Source: an uncultured Gammaproteobacteria bacterium
GTDB taxonomy: Bacteria; Patescibacteriota; Patescibacteriia; Magasanikbacterales; UBA922
Length of the DNA: 64,000 bases
NCBI GenBank assembly: GCA_964433095.1
Contig: CAYSPW010000003.1
Span: forward strand, 7,034-71,033
Reading direction: 5' to 3'
The translations under genes were made by a program, and so were the position numbers. Position 1 is the first letter of the stretch; each line of letters begins with the position of its first letter. A model generated the notes under the pieces. It saw only the letters and a list, made by a program, of their open reading frames with translations, was not told where the DNA came from and did not search any database. This document shows, one piece after another, positions 26,891-34,794 of the stretch.

Positions 26891-27133
26891 ATAATAATCA
26901 ATCTGCTCCAGAGAACAATTTTAGAGCAAAAAAATAAACCGGAAGAGGCAGTGTTGATGGCGCGGATGAGAGTACCCGATCGTATTTGCGCGGTTCCCGG
27001 TGAAATGAGTCTATTGTCGATTTTTGTTCAATATTATGGAGAACCGGAATTTGTGACAAAAGTCAGTCGTGGTTCATTTTGGCCATCGCCAAAAGTGGAT
27101 TCGGCTGTTTTTAAAGATAGATGCATTAAATAA
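26891..27133 (+). pseudogene. rsmA: Internal fragment of 16S rRNA dimethyltransferase RsmA/KsgA
   Basis: Frame reads LEQKNKPEEAVLMARMRVPDRICAVPGEMSLLSIFVQYYGEPEFVTKVSRGSFWPSPKVDSAV; no SAM-binding N-terminus; the conserved MVQKEVAER is decayed. Confidence 0.85.
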
Positions 27134-27189
27134 TTTATGAGTTTTGATTGTTTTTTCAGCTAATAAACAGTGTTTGTTGTTTTACCTCA

Positions 27190-27430
27190 AAAATCATCGG
27201 TTAAATCAGCGCATGGACGTTTTTCTTCCATTCTTCTCTACTTTTGAGACTAAAAGTAGCAAAAGTTTCGGGGGTGACAAAACTCGCCCCCTCCATTTAT
27301 GCTAACTATACTTCTATTACCAAGGCTGGTGGTGTCAAACAGTTGCCACCCCCAGAACCCCCTTGTTACCTTTGCCAATTTTATTTTTTTAGCCTGCCTA
27401 TCGGATAAATTCAAAACCACCGATTATTTT
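27190..27430. repeat. MITE/REP-like structured non-coding element
   Basis: Terminal inverted repeat aaaatcatcggt/accgattatttt (11 of 12); internal stems ctactttt/aaaagtag and gggggtgacaa/ttgccaccccc. Confidence 0.5.
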
Positions 27431-27457
27431 GCCGGTAGTTGATTGTTCCTTTTATAT

Positions 27458-27919
27458 TTAAAATTCCAAATCCCAAGTATCGGAACCCTCATCACATGTT
27501 AGGGTTATTTTTTTCGGCCAGGTTTGCTTAGGGTACTGTCCATTGTTTTTGTCTAGAAAAATTTCATTTTGTGAGAAGTCACTATTGTCTGTGATTTTTA
27601 TTTTCATGTTTTTTTCAAAAGTGTTGCTGCCTAGTGGTTTTTTAAGACCACCTAAAAAACCACTATTTTGTTGAATATTTTTTATTTCAGTATTGTGTTC
27701 ATCAAGATTAACTGAACACCCGTGCAGATCTTCGCCAATATTTACAAACTCAAGTCCCCATGATTGACGTTTTCCTAACTCCAAAAAAGAGCTATAACTC
27801 ATTTGTACAGAATTGAGGTTGTCGCCAAACTTAGAAAGTTCTGACTTTTTTTTAGATCCGCATCCACTAAGGATTATTATAAATGAAAGCATGGCGGTGA
27901 ATAAAAGTATTTTTTTCAT
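27458..27919 (-). CDS. Hypothetical lipoprotein
   Basis: MKKILLFTAMLSFIIILSGC lipobox; start at 27919 rather than 28003. Confidence 0.75.
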   Translation of the reverse strand: MKKILLFTAMLSFIIILSGCGSKKKSELSKFGDNLNSVQMSYSSFLELGKRQSWGLEFVNIGEDLHGCSVNLDEHNTEIKNIQQNSGFLGGLKKPLGSNTFEKNMKIKITDNSDFSQNEIFLDKNNGQYPKQTWPKKITLTCDEGSDTWDLEF

Positions 27920-27954
27920 ACAAATATATTTAAGAATATTAACTATTATATTTA

Positions 27955-28000
27955 AAAAAGGGCGATTAGTAAAATTAATTAGCAATCGCCCGGGTTTTTC
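27955..28000. terminator. Bidirectional-type terminator hairpin
   Basis: aaaaaagggcgatt...aatcgcccgggttttt directly after the stop of the 28004..28696 gene. Confidence 0.6.
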
Positions 28001-28003
28001 CAA

Positions 28004-28696
28004 CTACCGGCAGCAGTTGTAGCAAGACTGCCAGGTTTGGTAGGAACAAGAGAGGCCCATAAAGTCTGCCCATAGATCCCCTACGGAGAAGTCGTGGCAG
28101 TACTCGGTCCAGTTCAGGATGTCGCAGATTTCTTTGGCATAGCCAAGCAAGATCGTGCCATAGATCGAGGTACCGCAGTTTCGGCGCAGCTCACAGGACG
28201 CATAGCAGTGATTCAGGGGGTCATAATAGCGCAAAGCTCTTCGCACAACCCTTTGCACACAAACCGGATTTGTCAGGGCCTGTGTGTCCGTGGCCAACTC
28301 ACCGGTTTCTTCGTTGTCCGTTACTTCGAAGCCTTGGATCGGCTCGAACTCCTCCAAGTTGATGTGGGTCCAGCCTTGGAACCGGATGGCTGTGACCGCG
28401 ATGAGGCTTTCACCGATGTAGACTTCGGTATGGACAAAAGCGTCCGGATCCAAAGCTATTTCTTCGCTGAGCTTAAAGGTAAAGATACCCTGCTCACCGG
28501 TGACAGACTCATACTGGTAGTCACTGTTCTGGATTTTCACGGTGGCGCCTTCAATCGGTACGCCGTTGGCTTTGACTTGTCCGGCCACAACGTAGTAGGT
28601 GGACACACCCTCTTCTTCGAGTCCGGTTTCTCCACAGCCGACCAAGAAGCCTACGATGAAGAGTAGCGACAGGATGATTGACACACAGGTTTTCAT
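28004..28696 (-). CDS. Lipoprotein with a carboxypeptidase-regulatory-like beta domain and a 10-Cys C-terminal domain
   Basis: LVGC lipobox; GQV...PIEGATV...TGEQGIF; GAGGAGG SD; visibly GC-richer than flanks. Confidence 0.8.
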   Translation of the reverse strand: MKTCVSIILSLLFIVGFLVGCGETGLEEEGVSTYYVVAGQVKANGVPIEGATVKIQNSDYQYESVTGEQGIFTFKLSEEIALDPDAFVHTEVYIGESLIAVTAIRFQGWTHINLEEFEPIQGFEVTDNEETGELATDTQALTNPVCVQRVVRRALRYYDPLNHCYASCELRRNCGTSIYGTILLGYAKEICDILNWTEYCHDFSVGDLWADFMGLSCSYQTWQSCYNCCR

Positions 28697-29037
28697 TTCT
28701 ACCTCCTCGAGTTGGTGGCCTTTTTACCCACCCTCCCTTTGGGTGAAGCAAGAGGCCTTTTTTAATGAACAAGTTAATTTTAACTTTTTTCAGTTCATGG
28801 AAAATTAAAAAGAATATAAAATTCATATAAATTTTTTCTAATTTAAATTTTTATCCACATAAAATAGTTTTAAAACCAGTCGGAATTTGATAGAATTAGT
28901 TAAAATATGGAAAAAAATTATTGTACAATTTTATCACATGATGAGTTAGTGGACCGCTCATAATTGAGTGGTCTTTTTTTAAGAGTTCTTTTTTTGAAAA
29001 TATAATCGGAACAAATAAGACATAGAAGGAGGTGGTG

Positions 29038-29937
29038 ATGCAAAAAGTAAGAAGCGGATTGTGGTGTCGCCAGATCGGCGATGCCACTATTCACGTCATG
29101 GAGACGGCAGACAGCCTTAGGCTGGCGGGTAGCCGTCACCTTATCGGGGCTCGCAAGCGCGAGTTGATGAAGAGCGTGGTGGCCGGATTCTTTAAAGAGT
29201 TCGCTCACTTTTTTCGCAGAGCAGTTTTCAGCTGGGTGCTAATCGAGCGCGGCGGGCGATTCGTCGCCCCGACCGTGCTGGAGATGGAAGCCTGGTGGGG
29301 CAAGCGCGGTCCGATTACCCCCATCGAGATGAAACGTGTGCAGGATAAGAGTAAAGAAAGTGGCTGGGGCGGTCGTTTTTTGTGGGGCTTGGGAGATCTA
29401 TTCAAGCGGCCGGAACCTACGTGGGTAGTGGGGGAGACATGCCTGGCGAGCGGCACCACCTTGCATACCCTGGTATCGGTCGCCTGTGACCATGGGCGGC
29501 AGCCGAATCATCTGGTGGTGGTGTGTCCAATTGTCGGCTCTTATGGCCTGCGGCGTCTGTTGGGATTGTGCCAACAGAAGGGAATCAAGTTGACCGTGTT
29601 TACCACCGGCATCTGGTGGGTGAACGAGGAAGGGTATGAATCCACGTTGCCGTATACCGATTTCGTGTTGCGGCGAGGACCGGTTGAAGACGATGACCTC
29701 TACTTTGTAACTCCGGCCAGCGTGACCCGCTACCGCATCAATTACGGTGATAAGCCCGTCTGCGTGGTCGGCGACGCCGGCGACTCCATGGCGGTTGGCG
29801 ATGATGGCAGAGAGGATATGCGCGCCCAGTGCAATTACATGAGGGATACCATTACCGGATTTGAGCGTTTGGGCCTTGATTCGTACCGGCTTTTGTCGGC
29901 CTGGCCGATTGATTTTCTCAAGTCGGCCGTGGCCTAG
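29038..29937 (+). CDS. Divergent uracil phosphoribosyltransferase-like (type I PRTase) protein
   Basis: VVGETCLASGTT (PRPP-loop-like) and GDAGD (UPRTase C-terminal signature); GAAGGAGG SD; GC-rich. Confidence 0.7.
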   Translation: MQKVRSGLWCRQIGDATIHVMETADSLRLAGSRHLIGARKRELMKSVVAGFFKEFAHFFRRAVFSWVLIERGGRFVAPTVLEMEAWWGKRGPITPIEMKRVQDKSKESGWGGRFLWGLGDLFKRPEPTWVVGETCLASGTTLHTLVSVACDHGRQPNHLVVVCPIVGSYGLRRLLGLCQQKGIKLTVFTTGIWWVNEEGYESTLPYTDFVLRRGPVEDDDLYFVTPASVTRYRINYGDKPVCVVGDAGDSMAVGDDGREDMRAQCNYMRDTITGFERLGLDSYRLLSAWPIDFLKSAVA

Positions 29938-29942
29938 TGCTT

Positions 29943-29983
29943 GCCCGCTCATCATTTTGCAAAGTGGATGAGCGGGCTTTTTT
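29943..29983 (+). terminator. Intrinsic terminator
   Basis: gcccgctcatc...gatgagcgggc followed by T6. Confidence 0.8.
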
Positions 29984-30011
29984 AATTGTTGTCTATTGTT
30001 TACAAATGGTG

Positions 30012-30040
30012 TTGACTGACAAAAAAATTTCATATACAAT
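30012..30040 (+). promoter_or_regulatory. Sigma70-type promoter of secDF
   Basis: TTGACT-17 nt-TACAAT. Confidence 0.6.
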
Positions 30041-30055
30041 ACTGTCCAGTTTAAT

Positions 30056-32086
30056 ATGGCCAATAAAACTCAACAATCCAATACCCGTTCCAAAGTGCGC
30101 TGGGGCATAGTGGGAGTGCTGGCGCTTTTTTTGATTGCCGGTTTTTTTGACGCTCCAGCTTTGGCAAATAAATTGATAGATTCTGTAAATCAAACCGTAT
30201 CTCTGGGCCTGCCTCGCGTTCCGGAAAAGGATTTTAATCTGGGGCTTGATTTGCAGGGCGGAGCACATCTGATTTACCAGGCCGATATATCAGGGATTGA
30301 GGCGAACGAGCGAGGCGTAGCCGTGGAAGGAGTGCGAGATGTGATTGAAAGGCGAGTAAACGCGATCGGGGTTTCCGAGCCTAATGTTCAGACTACCAAA
30401 GTAAGTGGAGAATACCGCATTATCGTGGAGCTGCCCGGAATTAGTGATACTAATAATGCCATAAACATGATCGGCGAAACTCCAATATTGGAATTCAAAG
30501 AAGAAAATAATCAGCCGCAAAGAGAATTGACCGAGGTGGAAGAGCAAGAAATAGTGCAATACAACATGATGGCCACGCAAAGACTGGGTGAAGCCGTAGA
30601 AAAAATAAAATCCGGAGCGGATTTCGGATCCGTAGTCAGAGAATATTCCGAAGATGAACTGAGTAAAAACAACGGGGGGTATTTGGGATATATTGATAAA
30701 TTTTCACCTTATCCGGCTCTTTTCAGCTGGGCCGAAAATGCGCAAGAGGGGGAGATGGGGGAATTTATTCAGAGCGTGGACGGCATTAATATAGTTAAAA
30801 GAGGTCAAGAGAGAGACGGACAATTACAAGTGGAGTCCAGTCATATTTTGATCTGCTATATAGGAGCTCAGTATTGTGAAGAAGAAAATTTATCCAAAGA
30901 AGAAGCGTTTTTAAAAGCACAATCGATTTTTAATCTAGTGAACGCGGATAATTTCTCCGAATTGGCCGAAGAAAATTCCACCGACGCGGGGTCGGCGGCA
31001 AACGGAGGTTATCTGGGATTTGTAAATAAAGGAATGCTGGTTCCGGAAGTGGACGCGCCTTTGTTTAACGCCGAAGTGGGACAAATAATCGGTCCGATTG
31101 AATCACCGTTTGGCTATCATGTCATATACAAGCAAAGCGAATCCATTGGCAAGGAATATGAAATTTGGAGGTTATTGATCAAAACAAAATCAGCTGAAGA
31201 CATTTTACCCCCGGACGATCCGTGGAAATCAACCGGATTGTCAGGCAAGCAATTAAGCAAAGCCGAAGTGGTTACCGATCCGCAAACCGGAGCAGTGCAG
31301 GTATCGTTAATTTTTGATGGCGAAGGCAAGGATTTGTTCAGGGAAATAACCGAACGTAATTTGAATAAGCCGGTGGCAATCTTTTTGGACGGCGTGCCGA
31401 TCAGTATTCCGACCGTGAACAGTATAATTCCTGACGGCCGGGCCGTAATTCAGGGCAATTTCAACCTCAAGGAAGCGCAGTTGCTGGCACAAAGACTTAA
31501 CGCCGGCGCTCTGCCGGTCCCGGTTGAATTGATCTCTCAACAAAGTGTTGGAGCCAGTTTGGGGGCCGAATCTTTGCAGAAAAGCTTGAAAGCCGGCATC
31601 GCCGGGTTGATCGTGATAATGATTTTTATGCTGATTTATTACCGCTTGCCCGGATTGGTTTCGGTGATAGCTTTGTGTTTATACATTGCTTTGGCCTTGG
31701 CTATTTTCAAATTAATAGGAGTGACTCTCACTTTGGCCGGCATCGCCGGGTTAATACTTTCCATTGGCATGGCCGTGGACGCCAACGTGCTCATATTTGA
31801 GAGATTAAAAGAGGAGTTAAAACAAGGCAAAAGCTTGAGAACCGCGGTTGAGGAAGGCTTTTTGCGAGCTTGGACTTCAATTCGCGACGGTAATATTTCC
31901 ACATTGATTACTTGTGTTTTGTTGATTTGGTTCGGCTCCAGTTTTGTGCAGGGCTTCGCGGTCACTTTGGCGATCGGTATTTTGACTAGCATGTTTTCCG
32001 CCATTACGGTCACCAGAGTGATCTTGCGTTTCGTGGTACCGTGGTTTGGAAGCGGCAAGAGCCGATTGTTTTTGGGATCAAAATAA
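30056..32086 (+). CDS. secD: Protein translocase subunit SecD with inserted parvulin PPIase domains
   Basis: LGLDLQGG, IVELPG, AGALPVP, IGMAVDANVLIFER; insert carries YSED..SKNNGGYLG and SHILI...STD.GSAANGGYLG...SPFGYHVI. Confidence 0.95.
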   Translation: MANKTQQSNTRSKVRWGIVGVLALFLIAGFFDAPALANKLIDSVNQTVSLGLPRVPEKDFNLGLDLQGGAHLIYQADISGIEANERGVAVEGVRDVIERRVNAIGVSEPNVQTTKVSGEYRIIVELPGISDTNNAINMIGETPILEFKEENNQPQRELTEVEEQEIVQYNMMATQRLGEAVEKIKSGADFGSVVREYSEDELSKNNGGYLGYIDKFSPYPALFSWAENAQEGEMGEFIQSVDGINIVKRGQERDGQLQVESSHILICYIGAQYCEEENLSKEEAFLKAQSIFNLVNADNFSELAEENSTDAGSAANGGYLGFVNKGMLVPEVDAPLFNAEVGQIIGPIESPFGYHVIYKQSESIGKEYEIWRLLIKTKSAEDILPPDDPWKSTGLSGKQLSKAEVVTDPQTGAVQVSLIFDGEGKDLFREITERNLNKPVAIFLDGVPISIPTVNSIIPDGRAVIQGNFNLKEAQLLAQRLNAGALPVPVELISQQSVGASLGAESLQKSLKAGIAGLIVIMIFMLIYYRLPGLVSVIALCLYIALALAIFKLIGVTLTLAGIAGLILSIGMAVDANVLIFERLKEELKQGKSLRTAVEEGFLRAWTSIRDGNISTLITCVLLIWFGSSFVQGFAVTLAIGILTSMFSAITVTRVILRFVVPWFGSGKSRLFLGSK

Positions 32087-32098
32087 CAAAAAATAATT

Positions 32099-33019
32099 AT
32101 GACGATTGACATTATAAAAAACAGAAAGATCAGCTTTGCGGTCTCGGCAATATTGTTTGTGATCAGTTTATTAGTACTGATTGTAGTCGGCCTCAATCCG
32201 GGAATTGATTTTACCGGCGGATCTTTACTTGAGGTGTCTTTTTCAAGCGAGCGGCCTCGGTTGAAAGCGGTCAAACAGACTGTTTCCATGCTTGATTTTG
32301 ATCTGAATTCGCCCGTTATTCAGCCGGTGGATCAAGATTCATATATTTTCAAGACCAGATTCATTACTGAACAAGAACATCAACAAATTTTGTCGATACT
32401 GAGGCAAGATTTTGAAACCGATGATAATAGGGTTTTGGAGGAAAGAGTAGAGACGGTCGGTCCGGCTATAAGCTCGCACTTGAAGTCCAGAGCAATCTAC
32501 GCGGTTGTGGCCGTGGTAATAGCGATTATCGCTTATGTGGCTTACGCTTTTCGCAAAGTGGCCAAACCGATTCAATCTTGGAAATACGGTTTGACCGCTA
32601 TTATAGCGCTGATCCATGACGTTACCATTACCATGGGAGTGTTCGCGCTGTTGGGAAAGTTCGCGGGTGTGGAAATTGACATTCCTTTCGTTGTGGCTTT
32701 GTTGACCATCTTGGGTTATTCGGTCAACGACACCATTGTCGTGTTTGACAGAGTGAGAGAAAATTTGATTAAAAAAGGCTCCAGCCAATTCGCGCAAACG
32801 GTCGCTTTGGGTGTAAATCAGACACTTACTCGTTCTTTTAATACTTCTCTTACCACCTTAATAGTATTGTTCGCTTTGTTTATATTCGGCGGTGCCACCA
32901 TTCATTATTTTTCCCTGGCTTTAATAATCGGCATCATACTGGGTACTTATTCATCCATATTTTTGGCCAGCCCGCTGTTGGTGGTATGGCAGGAGATGAA
33001 ATACAAAAAATTATCTTAA
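32099..33019 (+). CDS. secF: Protein translocase subunit SecF
   Basis: GIDFTGG, HDV, GYSVNDTIVVFDRVREN, GTYSSIF. Confidence 0.97.
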   Translation: MTIDIIKNRKISFAVSAILFVISLLVLIVVGLNPGIDFTGGSLLEVSFSSERPRLKAVKQTVSMLDFDLNSPVIQPVDQDSYIFKTRFITEQEHQQILSILRQDFETDDNRVLEERVETVGPAISSHLKSRAIYAVVAVVIAIIAYVAYAFRKVAKPIQSWKYGLTAIIALIHDVTITMGVFALLGKFAGVEIDIPFVVALLTILGYSVNDTIVVFDRVRENLIKKGSSQFAQTVALGVNQTLTRSFNTSLTTLIVLFALFIFGGATIHYFSLALIIGIILGTYSSIFLASPLLVVWQEMKYKKLS

Positions 33020-33103
33020 ATTTTATTTAGAACAAGAATTGCCATTGCCCTTTTGGGCTTTGTTTTTTTTTGATATAATATCAGTATAATAATTAATGGA
33101 TAT

Positions 33104-33265
33104 ATGTCGGATACTTTTATTAGGCATTTGGTTTCTTTTATTGGCACTTTGGTCGCACTGCTGGCATATTTTTCCGGATATATTTCCGGACAGAACGGCT
33201 GGTGGTGGACGGGAATCGGACTGGTGTTTTTGTATGTCATGATATACAAGCTGGTTGAGGTTTAA
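33104..33265 (+). CDS. Small two-TM membrane protein, 53 aa (not in the ORF track)
   Basis: Manual translation MSDTFIRHLVSFIGTLVALLAYFSGYISGQNGWWWTGIGLVFLYVMIYKLVEV; TATAAT boxes upstream; 7 nt before the next gene. Confidence 0.7.
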   Translation: MSDTFIRHLVSFIGTLVALLAYFSGYISGQNGWWWTGIGLVFLYVMIYKLVEV

Positions 33266-33272
33266 TAATAAT

Positions 33273-34691
33273 ATGTTGGTTGACTTTGGAATATTCACGT
33301 TCAATCTAAGGCCGTTATTGGAATTTTTTAATCAAACCATCGGCCAAATCGTTATCGGTCTGATAGCAATTTTCGGCTGGCTTTTTTTTGTTTGGCTACT
33401 TATTTTTGCCGCCATTACTTTTTATTTGGAATATCGGCAAAACAAGTATAGCGCGGATTGGAAATGGGTTTTGCTGGCCATCGATATCCCTCCCCTCAAT
33501 GTGCAGACTCCAAAGGCAGTGGAGCAAATGTTTGCGCATTTGGCCGGCGCTTTCAACCAGCCGGATATTGCGGAAAAATTCTATTACGGTTTCAAGCAGC
33601 GGTGGTTTAGTTTTGAAATTATCAGCATAGAAGGATATATACAATTTTTAATCAGGACCGAGGAATCTTTTCGTGATTTGGTTGAAGCTTCGATCTACGC
33701 GCAGTATCCGGAAGCGGAAATTACCGAAGTTGAAGATTATACTGATGACACCCCGGAGCAGTTCCCAAGCGATGACTATGATATTTGGATGGCCGATTTC
33801 GGCACTGAGCAAGATGATTCTTATCCAATTAGGACTTACCAGGATTTTCAAGACAGCATGTCCAAGGATGAGGTTTTAAAAGATCCGATGAGCGCTTTCT
33901 TGGAAAGTTTTTCCAGAATTGGTCCGGGAGAGCAAATGTGGTTTCAGATATTGCTGGAGCCGATTTCCAGTTCATGGAAAGAAAAATCAATAAGAAAAGT
34001 AAAAGAGTTGATTGGCGACAGCGCGGCCGCGGCCGAAGCCGGAAGCAAATTGGCTGATGCGATTACCAGATCTTCACTGAAGGCGATTGAGTCGATCGGC
34101 GATCAGATTTTCGGGCGCGAAGCATCGGCTTCGGCCGGAGGCGAGAGTGACAAACAACCGCCAAACTTGCTTCAGTACTTGACTCCGGGACAATCAAAAT
34201 TGGTGGAGGATATTGAGGAAAAGATCAGCAAGATTGGCTTCAAAGTAAAAATAAGGGCCGCGTATTTGGCTCGCCGTGAGGTTTTTAAAACCGAACGCGG
34301 GGTTAACTTGATAATTGGAGCCATCAATCAATTCAACAAGCCTAATACTAACTCCATAGTACCCACTTACGGAGTCAATGTTTCATATTTTTTTAAAGAT
34401 TCGCGTACCGCTCAAAGAAAGACAATGATGTTGAAAGCATACAAGAAGAGAAAGATGAACGTGGGTGCCAATCCGTTTGTATTGAATATTGAAGAATTAG
34501 CCACCTTATGGCATTTTCCGCTCGCGTATGTAAAAGCGCCGCTGGTGCAAAGAGCACAAGCCAGGCAGACCGAGCCGCCGATCGGGCTGCCGGTTGAAAA
34601 TGTGCCGGCTCCGGACACGGCCGAGAAAGAGGAATCAGAAGATCTTTTTGCCGACGATTTAGGATACAGCGAAGACATGGAATTCGGCTAA
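33273..34691 (+). CDS. Membrane-anchored protein of the type that accompanies CPR VirD4/TraG-like ATPases
   Basis: N-terminal TM; PKAVEQMF, FSFEI, YAQYPEAEI.EVEDY, YPIRTY, EELATLWHFP. Confidence 0.7.
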   Translation: MLVDFGIFTFNLRPLLEFFNQTIGQIVIGLIAIFGWLFFVWLLIFAAITFYLEYRQNKYSADWKWVLLAIDIPPLNVQTPKAVEQMFAHLAGAFNQPDIAEKFYYGFKQRWFSFEIISIEGYIQFLIRTEESFRDLVEASIYAQYPEAEITEVEDYTDDTPEQFPSDDYDIWMADFGTEQDDSYPIRTYQDFQDSMSKDEVLKDPMSAFLESFSRIGPGEQMWFQILLEPISSSWKEKSIRKVKELIGDSAAAAEAGSKLADAITRSSLKAIESIGDQIFGREASASAGGESDKQPPNLLQYLTPGQSKLVEDIEEKISKIGFKVKIRAAYLARREVFKTERGVNLIIGAINQFNKPNTNSIVPTYGVNVSYFFKDSRTAQRKTMMLKAYKKRKMNVGANPFVLNIEELATLWHFPLAYVKAPLVQRAQARQTEPPIGLPVENVPAPDTAEKEESEDLFADDLGYSEDMEFG

Positions 34692-34794
34692 GCAAAAGCA
34701 TTGACACTGCTTTTAGGTGTATTTTTAAATTACACCTTTTTTTCTTGATTTTTATTTTAATCTGCGGTAATGTAGAGCCTGAACAAATATATTT

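Noticed and set aside
28851-28859. Perfect DnaA box TTATCCACA in an AT-rich intergenic region
   Set aside because: Single box, no cluster, no dnaA or dnaN nearby; another copy lies inside dnaG, so it is not evidence for oriC
28094-30063. Long antisense ORFs 28094..28666 and 29398..30063
   Set aside because: Shadows of GC-rich genes on the opposite strand, with no motifs or SD
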